Positions 9,995-19,746 of a stretch of DNA of 46,568 nucleotides are shown piece by piece; the first letter of the stretch is position 1, and every line of letters begins with the position of its first letter. Location of the stretch: positions 1 to 46,568 of the forward strand of contig JALQVX010000207.1 in assembly GCA_023263555.1 (NCBI GenBank), written 5' to 3'. Source of the DNA: Crocinitomix sp. (lineage in GTDB: Bacteria; Bacteroidota; Bacteroidia; Flavobacteriales_D; Crocinitomicaceae). The notes beneath the pieces were generated by a model that was not told where the DNA came from, did not search any database, and worked only from the letters and a program-made list of their open reading frames with translations. Made by a program: the position numbers and the translations under genes.

Positions 9995-10702
9995 TTATTT
10001 TAGTGTGATTTTGGTTTTTGCATTTTCTTCATGATTATAATAATTCATGGTTAGTCCATTTCTATCTACTATTATTTGGCTTGTACTAATTGTCTTTACA
10101 CCATTTGGTCGGCTCATTTTAAATCTATTTTCTTCACCTAATTCTTTACCACTTGAAAGATGAAAATCCAATGCTTCATATGCGCTTGTAGGAGATAAGC
10201 GTTCAAAGATTTCATTTCTTTCTTCACGAATTTTTTCTTCGTAAAGGGTTGAAGACGACCAGATTTGTTTTTCCTTACTATTTTTTTGAGAAAGATTTTT
10301 CGTTTCTCCATCCCAAATGAATTCTTGAAGGATTGGTTCAATTGGCTTATCCCATATTATGGAGATCATGGTAAACGGTTCAATTTGATTCAAATCAATA
10401 GTCTCTACAAAAGAATCGAACGAATCATAATTAAAACGTTCCAAAACAATTATTCCGCGACTTTTTCGATAAGGAGGCAGATGTTTATGTTTTGTGAATC
10501 CTCCATTTAAAAGGCAGACAAGTGAATTCTTATTTATTGCAATCCAAGTTCCAAAGGCCAGTGGATCTTGTGGAAAATAGAATGAATGTTTCCCTATCCG
10601 TTTCTCAAATGGAAAAACAGTTTTGCTTCTTGAAAAATGTTCATCACGGTTAGACGTGAAAACGAAGCCTCTTTCCTGCGGTAAATAGGTTACTGTGCAC
10701 AT
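9995..10702 (-). CDS. NRDE/TANGO2 family protein (Ntn-hydrolase-like fold)
   Basis: MCT N-terminus (Cys2), SNRDE motif, GTWI, LLNG, SRG.I, PF, WSS.TLY. Confidence 0.9.
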   Translation of the reverse strand: MCTVTYLPQERGFVFTSNRDEHFSRSKTVFPFEKRIGKHSFYFPQDPLAFGTWIAINKNSLVCLLNGGFTKHKHLPPYRKSRGIIVLERFNYDSFDSFVETIDLNQIEPFTMISIIWDKPIEPILQEFIWDGETKNLSQKNSKEKQIWSSSTLYEEKIREERNEIFERLSPTSAYEALDFHLSSGKELGEENRFKMSRPNGVKTISTSQIIVDRNGLTMNYYNHEENAKTKITLK

Positions 10703-11199
10703 ACTTTCTCAATGCGATTTCTCAAGGTTGAATAGGCTACACCAAAATGATTGGGAACACTGATATGCTTGAATTTTTCTGTCAATGCAATTTTAATGAT
10801 CGCTGAATGATGGACAGTATGTTCTAGGCAATAGGCCAATTCGCGAAAATAGCTACTCGTAAACGGTGTAAAATTAGCTTGCTCGGCGTCGAAAGACATT
10901 AAAACGTTTATTTCAGTGTCTGTTTTATTTTCTGACATGGCCTCTACTAGTTTATCTATTGTCCGATCGATAGCCATTCGGTTGGTTTCCAGCATCAGAT
11001 TGCGTTCTCTTTTATCATAGCAGACGTTGTCTTTTCTGTTCGTCAAACAAACGTAAAATTCCAGAATGTGACGAATGTGCTGGCCGATCGAAGATCCATG
11101 TAAAATCTCCAATGGTTGAATAATTTCGTCGTCTCCGATTTTTCGAACCAAGTCTTGAATGGTTTTCAGATTTTCGCTATTGGCATTTATTAAATCCAT
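10690..11199 (-). CDS. DinB/YfiT-like four-helix metalloprotein
   Basis: SIGQHIRHILEFY, YDKRER, RELAY..EHTVHH.A.I and FGVA.ST motifs. Confidence 0.85.
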   Translation of the reverse strand: MDLINANSENLKTIQDLVRKIGDDEIIQPLEILHGSSIGQHIRHILEFYVCLTNRKDNVCYDKRERNLMLETNRMAIDRTIDKLVEAMSENKTDTEINVLMSFDAEQANFTPFTSSYFRELAYCLEHTVHHSAIIKIALTEKFKHISVPNHFGVAYSTLRNRIEKVCAQ

Positions 11200-11200
11200 G

Positions 11201-13444
11201 CTATCCTATTTTATTGTTTTTATCAATTGATTGAAGAAGGAGCGGTAGTTGAATAAGGTCGGTTAATAAGGCAATCACAAGTCCCATGGTGATGAGCAAA
11301 CCAGCATAGAATGTGCTACTAAATTCACTCAATGTGAAGGATAAGAAACCTGCGCTGATAATAAAGCTGGTAATTAATAGCTTTTTTCCGACATGTAAAT
11401 AGGTGTTTTTTAAGGCCGATTTGCCGTCAATTTTTTGTTCAATTTTATAACGCACTAGAAAGTGAATTGTATCATCAACAGCAATTCCATACAGCACAGT
11501 AAAGATTAAAGCGGTGCCAATTTTTAAATCAATGCCAATCCAACCCATCAAACCTGCAATTACAAGTAGTGGAAAAAGATTAGGCAAAATTGATAAGAAA
11601 GCGATTCGTGCCGATCGAAGTGCAATACCAATCACTACAGTGACCAAAATCAAACCGAATATTAATCCTTTCAAAAGGTAAGTGGTGACATTTTGATTGG
11701 CCATATCCATTAAATGTGCTGATCCCGTGAGTTGAAACGTCAGTTGGGGGCTGAATTGTTCAGTAAATGCTTTAAATTCTTCATTCTTCTGCTGAATTTC
11801 AATTGCGCCTGCGTCGAAGATTTTACCTGTTATGCGTGTTTCTTTTAGATTGGGATTGATCAGAAATCCGCTCTTTTCGACGAGTTTGAATTGCTTCGCA
11901 GCCGATAATAAATTGTCTAATTCTGATTTGTCTGTAGGTATGATAGAATAGGCTGAATTTCCGCCATGAATCGAAACATTCATTTCTTTTAAGATGGTGA
12001 TGATAGAAAGACTCATACTAACGTGGTAAGTACGATCTAAATAGTCTTGAATTTCGGCAAGTTGTAGTATATGACTTGGATCCATTATTTCACCTTCGAT
12101 CGCTGTTACTCCCAGTTCAAAAGGCCGTATTCCACCGTAATTAGTTTCAAAATGAATCAGGTCTTTTTTTAAGTCACTGGATGGTTTTAAATCGTCTAAA
12201 AAATAAGAATTGACTTGTAGTTTTGTCATGCCCATTAAACTCAATCCAAGTAGGATCAGACTTGCAAAACCAATGATACGTTTCTTTACTCTAATCGTAC
12301 CAAAGGCAAGTGATAAGGTTTTTGACCAATTCCCTCTTTTTCTCGAACTTATTTTTGATGTGGATATTCGCATCAGAGCTGGAAAGAGTAGGACGGAAGT
12401 CAACCAAGTAATCAAAATACCCATCCCTGTAAAAAGCCCAAAATTCTGCACGGGCTGAATGGGTAAAAAATAAAGAGAGAAGAAGCCAATTGCTGTTGTT
12501 AACGCGCTTAAAAAAGTAGTGTTAAACGTGAGGCGTTGTGCTTTTTTTAAGCTTGTTAAACCGTTTTCGATTCCTTCAGGATGATTTTCATAATCTTCAA
12601 TGAGGTGAATCAAAACAGAAATGCCAATCACAAATAAAATGGTAGGAAGGAGTGTCATTAAAAAATCCAGTTCTCCAAGCGCTATAATGATAATTGACAA
12701 TGAAAAAGTGACGGCAATTATCAGCGTTAAAATGGTAAAGAAGACTATCTTGAAACGACGATAGGTAATGTATAGAAAGAGAAGTAAAAGGCCTAATGCA
12801 ATAGCGCTAAAAACAACTAATTCGTTCCTTAACGTTTGTGTGTAATAATGTTGCGTATTGATTTGTCCTGCATAATGTATGTGCTTAATTGTTGTTGATT
12901 GATCAGATTCACAAACCCCTTTGATGGTTCTTAAAAGACCTGCTTTTTCTGTTTTATTAAGAGTGTCCGAGACGATTAAATACAGCAGGAGAGATTTACT
13001 ATCGCTCGAAAAAAAATTGCTATACAGTGATTGATTTTCTTGGATGCGCGTCTGATCTTGGAGCAGCGTTGTGCGATCATCCAAATGAAGAAGAGGAATT
13101 GATTTGACACCAATTATCGGTAATTGGATTTTTCGACTGATGTGTGTTGGTGAAAGCACTCGTGAAAGCCCAGGTAAAGCAACTAGCTGATCAGTGATGA
13201 GTTGAATTTCATTTAAAAATAAGGAATCAAAAACGGTTTTTTCATGTTCGAAACTGAGCATGACGAAGTTATTTTCATTTCCAAATTGTTTTTTGTAGTC
13301 AGTATAGTACTTAAAATAAGAATTATCAGCAGAAAAGAATCGCTCTAGTTTATAGCCAAAATCAGCTTTCCTTAATTGTGGTATACAACCAAAGCTGGCG
13401 ATCAAAAACAAACCTATAATAATATGAGCGCGTGTCAGTTTCAA
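11201..13444 (-). CDS. MMPL/RND-superfamily transporter permease (TTG start)
   Basis: Two repeated halves of TM + periplasmic domain + 5 TM; LTTAIGF.SL and GIAVDDTIHF motifs. Confidence 0.88.
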   Translation of the reverse strand: MKLTRAHIIIGLFLIASFGCIPQLRKADFGYKLERFFSADNSYFKYYTDYKKQFGNENNFVMLSFEHEKTVFDSLFLNEIQLITDQLVALPGLSRVLSPTHISRKIQLPIIGVKSIPLLHLDDRTTLLQDQTRIQENQSLYSNFFSSDSKSLLLYLIVSDTLNKTEKAGLLRTIKGVCESDQSTTIKHIHYAGQINTQHYYTQTLRNELVVFSAIALGLLLLFLYITYRRFKIVFFTILTLIIAVTFSLSIIIIALGELDFLMTLLPTILFVIGISVLIHLIEDYENHPEGIENGLTSLKKAQRLTFNTTFLSALTTAIGFFSLYFLPIQPVQNFGLFTGMGILITWLTSVLLFPALMRISTSKISSRKRGNWSKTLSLAFGTIRVKKRIIGFASLILLGLSLMGMTKLQVNSYFLDDLKPSSDLKKDLIHFETNYGGIRPFELGVTAIEGEIMDPSHILQLAEIQDYLDRTYHVSMSLSIITILKEMNVSIHGGNSAYSIIPTDKSELDNLLSAAKQFKLVEKSGFLINPNLKETRITGKIFDAGAIEIQQKNEEFKAFTEQFSPQLTFQLTGSAHLMDMANQNVTTYLLKGLIFGLILVTVVIGIALRSARIAFLSILPNLFPLLVIAGLMGWIGIDLKIGTALIFTVLYGIAVDDTIHFLVRYKIEQKIDGKSALKNTYLHVGKKLLITSFIISAGFLSFTLSEFSSTFYAGLLITMGLVIALLTDLIQLPLLLQSIDKNNKIG

Positions 13445-13514
13445 ATTTTAGCGTGATTTTTTTCATTGGTCGTTCACGATAAAACTTCATTACAAACTTT
13501 ATTTTAATTTAAAT

Positions 13515-13547
13515 AAAAAAGCCGTCCCAACTGAATGAAACGGCTTT
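13515..13547 (-). terminator. Intrinsic terminator after hppD
   Basis: Minus strand reads AAAGCCGTTTCA-loop-TGGGACGGC followed by TTTTTT. Confidence 0.75.
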
Positions 13548-13568
13548 AAGTATTTAATCAAGAACGAA

Positions 13569-14738
13569 CTATAATGTTCCTCTATTCGCTTGCTCGCGTT
13601 CGATTGATTCAAACAAGGCTTTAAAATTACCTGCTCCAAATCCACGTGCTCCCATGCGCTGAATGATTTCAAAGAAAAGTGTTGGACGATCCTCAACTGG
13701 TTTTGTAAAGATTTGCAGTAAATATCCTTCTTCATCAGCATCTATCATAATCCCTAACGATTTTAAGGTCTCAATATCTTCTTGAAGTGCATGATTGTGC
13801 GCTTCCAGTCGAAGAGGAACAGCGTCATAATAAGCTTGAGGAGGTACAGATAAAAATTCTACACCTCGACTTCTCAATGCTGCCACTGTAGAGATGATGT
13901 CATCTGTAGCCAAAGCTAAATGTTGTACACCTGGTCCTTCGTAAAAATCAATATACTCTTCAATTTGAGATTTCTTTTTACCTTCTGCTGGCTCGTTGAT
14001 TGGGAATTTAATTCGACCATTTCCGTTCGACATGACTTTTGACATCAGAGCCGAATATTCAGTTGTGATTTGTTTGTCATCAAAAGAAAGGAAGTTGACA
14101 AAGCCCATTACGTCTTCATACCATTTTACCCACGTATTCATTTCATTCCATCCCACATTACCTACCATGTGATCGATAAATTTAAGACCAGTGCTACTTG
14201 GATTATAATCTGATTCCCACTTTACATAGCCGGGTAAAAATTCGCCAGTATAATTCTTGCGCTCAACAAACATGTGAATTGTTTCACCATACGTGCAAAT
14301 TCCTGCTCGAACGGTTTCACCATGTTCGTCTTTTTCGACAGTTGGTTCCATGTACGATTTCGCTCCACGTTTTATAGTTTCTTCGTAAGCACTTCGTGCA
14401 TCTTCAACCCATAAAGCTACAACTTTAACTCCGTCACCATGTTTCTTAACATGTTCACCAATTGGAGAGTCGCTCGTTAATGCTGTGGTAAAAACCAATC
14501 GAATTTTATCTTGTTTCAAAACATAAGAAGCACGATCGCGCACCCCAGTTTCTAATCCTGCATAAGCATGTGATTGAAATCCAAAAGCAGTTTTGTAAAA
14601 ATGAGCTGCTTGTTTTGCATTTCCAACGTAAAATTCGACATAATCTGTTCCTAAAAGAGGTAAAAAATCTTGCGCTCCTTCAAATATTTTTTCTAGTCCG
14701 TATTCCACTGAACTAATTACTTTTTTTGTATCACTCAT
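13569..14738 (-). CDS. hppD: 4-hydroxyphenylpyruvate dioxygenase
   Basis: HGDGVK, IDHMVGN, SQIEEY, GVQHLAL, LLQIFT, FFEIIQR, GFGAGNFKALF. Confidence 0.98.
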   Translation of the reverse strand: MSDTKKVISSVEYGLEKIFEGAQDFLPLLGTDYVEFYVGNAKQAAHFYKTAFGFQSHAYAGLETGVRDRASYVLKQDKIRLVFTTALTSDSPIGEHVKKHGDGVKVVALWVEDARSAYEETIKRGAKSYMEPTVEKDEHGETVRAGICTYGETIHMFVERKNYTGEFLPGYVKWESDYNPSSTGLKFIDHMVGNVGWNEMNTWVKWYEDVMGFVNFLSFDDKQITTEYSALMSKVMSNGNGRIKFPINEPAEGKKKSQIEEYIDFYEGPGVQHLALATDDIISTVAALRSRGVEFLSVPPQAYYDAVPLRLEAHNHALQEDIETLKSLGIMIDADEEGYLLQIFTKPVEDRPTLFFEIIQRMGARGFGAGNFKALFESIEREQANRGTL

Positions 14739-14756
14739 ACTATTTATCTTTTCAGG

Positions 14757-15914
14757 TTAAGCTAACCATGATTTATAATAATCTTTAAATTCTAATTCGA
14801 CAGCTTGTTTTGTCATTTTTAGGGGTTTGAATGTATCCACCATCACCGCTAACTCAAGTGTCTCTTTTTTTCCAATACTGCGCTCGTATGCTCCTGGATG
14901 TGGTCCGTGAGGGATTCCCCCAGGATGCAAGGTGATTTGTCCACGCTCAATATGGTTACGACTCATAAAATCACCGTCTACATAATAGAGCACCTCATCC
15001 GAATCAATATTACTGTGATTATAAGGAGCTGGAATAGCGTCCGGGTGATAATCATATAATCTCGGAACAAAAGAGCAAATTACGAATGCCGGTGTCTCAA
15101 AGGTTTGATGAATTGGGGGAGGTAAATGAACGCGCCCAGTAATCGGCTCAAAATCGTGAATCGAAAATGCATAGGGGTAATTATAGCCATCCCACCCAGC
15201 TACATCAAATGGATGGAACCCGTAAGTATAATCATAAAGAATTCCTTGTTTTTTGATCTTTACCAAAAAGTCTCCTTCCTCATCAAAAGTTTCTAAAGCC
15301 GAAGGGCCTCTAAAATCTCGCTCGCAAAACGGTGAATGTTCTAATAATTGACCAAAATAATTACGATAGCGCTTAGGGGTATAAATTGGATGAAAAGATT
15401 CTACAATAAACAGCCTATTTTCTTCCGTATTGAAAGTGATTTGATAAATCATTCCACGGGGAACAACTAAATAATCCCCATAAGAAAATTCAATTATTCC
15501 TAATTGTGTTCGCAGTACACCTGAACCTTCGTGAATAAAAATGACTTCGTCCGCATCTGCATTCTTGTAAAAATAATCCGTTAACGATTTTTTAGGTGAA
15601 GCCAAAACAATATGGCAATCGGAATTGACAAGGACGGGTACTCGACTATCAAGATAGTCATCTGTAGGTTGAAGTTTAAAACCCTCGATACTTCTCATTT
15701 GAAGATCTTTCTCTTGAGCGATCTCTGGATTTAAATCAACTTTACCACCAATCGATTTAACTAGCGTAGGTGGATGCAAGTGATAAAGAAGTGACGACAT
15801 TCCGTCAAACCCTATCGTGCCAAATAACTGCTCATGGTGCAATTCGCCATTCGCCTGTCTAAAGACAGTGTGGCGTTTGTGTGGGATATTCCCAAGTTTA
15901 TGATAAAAAGGCAT
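14757..15914 (-). CDS. hmgA: Homogentisate 1,2-dioxygenase (start moved to ATG of MPFYH)
   Basis: NADADE, HPFDVAGWDG, HLPPPIH, PYNHSNIDSDE, HPGGIPHGP; adjacent to hppD. Confidence 0.95.
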   Translation of the reverse strand: MPFYHKLGNIPHKRHTVFRQANGELHHEQLFGTIGFDGMSSLLYHLHPPTLVKSIGGKVDLNPEIAQEKDLQMRSIEGFKLQPTDDYLDSRVPVLVNSDCHIVLASPKKSLTDYFYKNADADEVIFIHEGSGVLRTQLGIIEFSYGDYLVVPRGMIYQITFNTEENRLFIVESFHPIYTPKRYRNYFGQLLEHSPFCERDFRGPSALETFDEEGDFLVKIKKQGILYDYTYGFHPFDVAGWDGYNYPYAFSIHDFEPITGRVHLPPPIHQTFETPAFVICSFVPRLYDYHPDAIPAPYNHSNIDSDEVLYYVDGDFMSRNHIERGQITLHPGGIPHGPHPGAYERSIGKKETLELAVMVDTFKPLKMTKQAVELEFKDYYKSWLA

Positions 15915-15966
15915 ATGATCTATTTTTGAATTTTTGAACTGACTAAAACATGTGTTTTTGGGCCCG

Positions 15967-16032
15967 TCATTCTGGATCACGTTTAATGAGAAACTTTAAT
16001 AAAATCGGAAGCGCTGTAAATATTCCTGCCAT
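15967..16032 (-). CDS. Putative leader peptide MAGIFTALPILLKFLIKRDPE (uORF of hmgA-hppD)
   Basis: ATG at 16032 to TGA at 15967-15969, lying between a TAnnTTTG promoter and hmgA; absent from the ORF track. Confidence 0.4.
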   Translation of the reverse strand: MAGIFTALPILLKFLIKRDPE

Positions 16033-16054
16033 TGCTCAAAAGATGTGCTTTTAA

Positions 16055-16062
16055 CAAAGATA
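16055..16062 (-). promoter_or_regulatory. Bacteroidota -7 promoter element (TATCTTTG) for uORF-hmgA-hppD
   Basis: Consensus match on the minus strand. Confidence 0.55.
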
Positions 16063-16156
16063 GGGAATCTAAGTATTTTTTCAATGATAAATATCAGTTC
16101 CTAAATGAAATAAATATATTTTTGTGATCTTCACGTTTACTGCGAATAAATCACAC

Positions 16157-17098
16157 ATGAAAAAAGCAATTGTAATTGGGGCTTCGGGTCAGATAGGAAC
16201 CGAGCTTGTTGTAGAGTTAAGAAAAAGATTTGGAAATGATTCGATTATCGCTTCTGATTTGGGAACAACTGTTAAAGAGGCTTTGAAGGATGGCCCCTAT
16301 GAGCAATTAGATGTAATGGATGCTGATCGTTTGCGCAAAATAATTGTAACGCATGAGGTTCAAGAAGTGTATTTACTTGCAGCTTTATTGTCCGCTACTG
16401 CTGAAAAAAATCCTGATTTTGCTTGGAAATTGAACATGGAAGGACTTTTTAATGTGCTTAATTTAGCGAAAGAAGGGATTGTCAAAAAAGTTTTTTGGCC
16501 TAGCTCTATTGCTGTTTTTGGTTCGAATACACCAAGCGATAATACGCCTCAGTACACCATTATGGAGCCCTCAACGGTATATGGTATCAGTAAATTGGCA
16601 GGAGAAAGATGGTGTGAATATTATGCGAAGCAATACCAAGTAGATGTAAGAAGTATTCGCTATCCAGGTTTGATTTCATATACGTCTTTACCTGGCGGAG
16701 GAACAACAGATTACGCGGTTGATATTTTTTATTCGGCAAAGAAGAATGAAAAATACACCTGTTTTCTAAAAGAAGACACAGCTTTGCCAATGATGTACAT
16801 GGAGGATGCCATTCGTGCTACAATCGACTTGATGGAGGCACCTGCAGAGGATATAAAAATCAGATCATCTTACAATTTGGGCGGTATATCATGTACACCT
16901 ACTGAAATTTATGCAGCCATTAAACAAGAAAGACCGAGTTTTGAAATTGAATATAATCCTGATTTTAGACAGAAAATAGCTGATTCATGGCCAAGTAGTA
17001 TTGATGATTCTCACGCACAATCTGATTGGGGATGGAAAGGTGAGTTTGATCTCGAAAAAATGGTTAAAATTATGCTTGAAAACGTTCTAGAGCATTGA
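16157..17098 (+). CDS. NAD-dependent epimerase/dehydratase, likely SDR-type L-threonine 3-dehydrogenase
   Basis: GASGQIG, LAALLSA..E, SSIAVFG, YGISK, PGGGTTDYAV, RQKIADSWP; ATG start at 16157. Confidence 0.85.
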   Translation: MKKAIVIGASGQIGTELVVELRKRFGNDSIIASDLGTTVKEALKDGPYEQLDVMDADRLRKIIVTHEVQEVYLLAALLSATAEKNPDFAWKLNMEGLFNVLNLAKEGIVKKVFWPSSIAVFGSNTPSDNTPQYTIMEPSTVYGISKLAGERWCEYYAKQYQVDVRSIRYPGLISYTSLPGGGTTDYAVDIFYSAKKNEKYTCFLKEDTALPMMYMEDAIRATIDLMEAPAEDIKIRSSYNLGGISCTPTEIYAAIKQERPSFEIEYNPDFRQKIADSWPSSIDDSHAQSDWGWKGEFDLEKMVKIMLENVLEH

Positions 17099-17243
17099 TT
17101 AATAGTGTCGAATAATTTAATAATCGATTAATGTATACTTTTAATCACCAAGTTTTGGAACTTAATCGAAATAAAAACTATTTTTAAATAAAATTTTGTA
17201 GATTGGCTTTAATTAGCGAAACCAGATTACAACCCCTTTAAGA

Positions 17244-18149
17244 ATGAAAAACGTAATAGTTACAATATTATTTGTGCTGCCAATCTTTGTGCTGGCTTCC
17301 ACAAATTCAGTAGGAATAAAACCCTTGGACGTTGTACAAACAGGCGAAAACCCTGAAGGGTATCCAAATGCTTCTGATGCCAAAGGGCGTCAAGGTATGT
17401 GGACGATTTGGGGGCGAACGAGTCCAGAAAAAGGATATCCACCTGATGGAAAAATCGAAGAGGGTCCGTACAAAGATGATCGAAAAGAAGGCGAATGGGT
17501 GAAATACCATAAAGATGGTAAAACACCGCGATTAAAGGGAATGTATGTGGATAACCGTCCTAATGGATCTTACATAAAATACTATGAGAATGGTGTGATG
17601 ATGGAAGAGGGAAAATTCACATCAGGTAAACAAGTAGAGGTCTTTAGAAGATATTATGATACAGGTATCCTCTCTCAAGAGAAACACTTTAATCAAGAGG
17701 GTAGAGAAGATGGTCAGGTTAAATATTATTATCCTAACGGTGAGCTTGAGTTTGAATACATGAAAGTGGATGGTGTAACAACGGGACAAGCAACACGATA
17801 TTATGAAAATGGAGATGTAAAGGAAATCATCATGTATAATTCAGATGGAAGTATTGCTTCTAGAATTGAAAAAGAAATGGTTAATCCTCCAGTAAATACA
17901 ACTCCGGTTGCTACGACTCCTTCATCTAGCGCTCCTGATGGAACAAAAGGTACAACGAACGGTAAAAAGTTCAAGTCTAATGGCTATAATAAAGTGTACA
18001 ATGCGGATCAAGAGTTGTGGATGGATGGAGAATTTAAAGATGGTAAATTGATGGATGGTAAACTGTATAAGTACGACAGTGATGGGATCCTCTTAAAAAT
18101 TGAAGTTTGGAAAAATGGAAAGTACCATTCAGATGGTCAGCTCCAATAG
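17244..18149 (+). CDS. Secreted MORN-variant repeat (YwqK-like) protein
   Basis: Signal peptide; many YYENG/YYPNG..EG repeats; Pro/Thr/Ser linker. Confidence 0.8.
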   Translation: MKNVIVTILFVLPIFVLASTNSVGIKPLDVVQTGENPEGYPNASDAKGRQGMWTIWGRTSPEKGYPPDGKIEEGPYKDDRKEGEWVKYHKDGKTPRLKGMYVDNRPNGSYIKYYENGVMMEEGKFTSGKQVEVFRRYYDTGILSQEKHFNQEGREDGQVKYYYPNGELEFEYMKVDGVTTGQATRYYENGDVKEIIMYNSDGSIASRIEKEMVNPPVNTTPVATTPSSSAPDGTKGTTNGKKFKSNGYNKVYNADQELWMDGEFKDGKLMDGKLYKYDSDGILLKIEVWKNGKYHSDGQLQ

Positions 18150-18169
18150 AAAAAATAGTATTAAATTTG

Positions 18170-18204
18170 AACCCGTCTCGCACTTGTTGAGGCGGGTTTT
18201 TTTT
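18170..18204 (+). terminator. Intrinsic terminator
   Basis: AACCCGTCTC-loop-GAGGCGGGTT followed by a T-run. Confidence 0.8.
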
Positions 18205-18220
18205 ATTTTAGAATTTTAGG

Positions 18221-19684
18221 ATGCAAAGTCAACTCAAATTATACAACACCCTAAGTGGTGAAAAAGAAACGTTTAAACCAATTTTAGAGGGAAATGTAGG
18301 AATGTATGTATGTGGTCCTACTGTATACAGTGATGTGCACTTAGGAAATTGTCGTACGTTCATTTCATTTGATTTGATTTATCGTTACCTGATGCATTTA
18401 GGGTTTAAAGTGCGCTACGTTCGCAATATAACAGATGCAGGGCATTTAGAAAATGATGCGGATGAAGGGGAAGATAAAATTTCGAAGAAAGCACGGCTTG
18501 AGGCAATAGAGCCAATGGAGATTGTGCAACGATACTCGGTTGGTTTTCATCAGGTGATGGAAAAATTTAATGCCTTGCCACCAAGTATTGAGCCTACTGC
18601 TACCGGACATATTTCTGAACAAATTCAAATTGTTCAAGCGCTACTCGATAACGGAGCGGCATACATAAGTAATGGTTCTGTTTATTTTGATGTGCTAAAA
18701 TATAATGATAGTGAGGAGTACGGGATTTTGTCAAAGCGTAAAATCGAAGATCTTATTTCAGGAACACGTGATTTAGACGGGCAACATGAAAAGCGAAATC
18801 CCTTGGATTTTGCCTTGTGGAAAAAAGCGTCCCCCTACCACATCATGCGTTGGCCTTCTCCCTGGAGTGATGGTTTTCCAGGCTGGCATCTCGAGTGTAC
18901 AGCTATGTCGTCTAAATATCTAGGTGAAACATTTGATATTCACGGAGGTGGAATGGATCTTAAATTCCCTCACCACGAATGTGAAATTGCTCAAGCGACT
19001 GCTTTTTCCGGTCATAAACCCGTGAATTATTGGATGCACACAAATATGTTGACATTGAACGGAAAGCGTATGAGTAAATCTACGGGAAACACACTACTTC
19101 CCGAAGAGCTTTTTTCTGGTGAAACGGTTCTTTTGGAAAAAGGATTTCACCCCATGGTGGCGCGCTTTTTCATGATGCAGGCCCATTATCGAAGTGTGCT
19201 TGATTTTTCTTCTGACGCACTTGCGGCATCAGAAAAAGGATTTCACAAATTAATGAATGGATCTAAAGAGTTGAAAGAGCTAAAGCTGAGTCCGAATTCT
19301 TCCCTATCAATTCAAGGCTTTATCGATTCTTTTTATACAGCCTTGAATGATGATTTAAACACGCCTGTTTTAATTGCACATCTTTTTGAAGTCGTTAGCT
19401 TTATTAATAAGGTGAAGGAAGGAGCAGAACAAATTTCTGCTGAAGATCGTGAGTTGCTCAGTGAAAGTATGAACGCTATGATTTTTGACGTACTAGGCCT
19501 TACCTTTATTGATGAACAAGATCACTCCAAGTTGGATGCGGCAATGAATATTATTCTCGAATTAAGAAAAAATGCACGCGAAACTAAGGATTGGAATACA
19601 TCTGATTTAATCCGTGATAAGTTAAATGAAGCGGGTATTACCGTAAAAGATAATAAGGAGGGCTCTACTTGGTCAGTCAATTAG
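18221..19684 (+). CDS. cysS: Cysteine--tRNA ligase
   Basis: [44 protein letters not shown]. Confidence 0.98.
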   Translation: MQSQLKLYNTLSGEKETFKPILEGNVGMYVCGPTVYSDVHLGNCRTFISFDLIYRYLMHLGFKVRYVRNITDAGHLENDADEGEDKISKKARLEAIEPMEIVQRYSVGFHQVMEKFNALPPSIEPTATGHISEQIQIVQALLDNGAAYISNGSVYFDVLKYNDSEEYGILSKRKIEDLISGTRDLDGQHEKRNPLDFALWKKASPYHIMRWPSPWSDGFPGWHLECTAMSSKYLGETFDIHGGGMDLKFPHHECEIAQATAFSGHKPVNYWMHTNMLTLNGKRMSKSTGNTLLPEELFSGETVLLEKGFHPMVARFFMMQAHYRSVLDFSSDALAASEKGFHKLMNGSKELKELKLSPNSSLSIQGFIDSFYTALNDDLNTPVLIAHLFEVVSFINKVKEGAEQISAEDRELLSESMNAMIFDVLGLTFIDEQDHSKLDAAMNIILELRKNARETKDWNTSDLIRDKLNEAGITVKDNKEGSTWSVN

Positions 19685-19709
19685 TCGAAGGTCTTTGAAT
19701 AAAAAAAAC

Positions 19710-19717
19710 TATTTTTG
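19710..19717 (+). promoter_or_regulatory. Bacteroidota -7 promoter element (TATTTTTG) for ppa
   Basis: Consensus match. Confidence 0.45.
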
Positions 19718-19746
19718 TCCAAAATTTTGAACGATATCTATACAGA

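Noticed and set aside
13569-15914. hmgA-hppD as a pyomelanin cluster or as part of the downstream MMPL operon
   Set aside because: hmgA appears intact, so homogentisate should be degraded, and a terminator at 13515-13547 separates the two units.
15915-15980. N-terminal extension of HmgA from the ORF track
   Set aside because: The recognisable protein begins at MPFYH (ATG 15914); the GTG-started extension overlaps the putative leader ORF.
3131-18149. Two YwqK-like genes as antitoxins of toxin-antitoxin systems
   Set aside because: Both are exported MORN-variant repeat proteins with no adjacent toxin gene; the label reflects only the repeat family.
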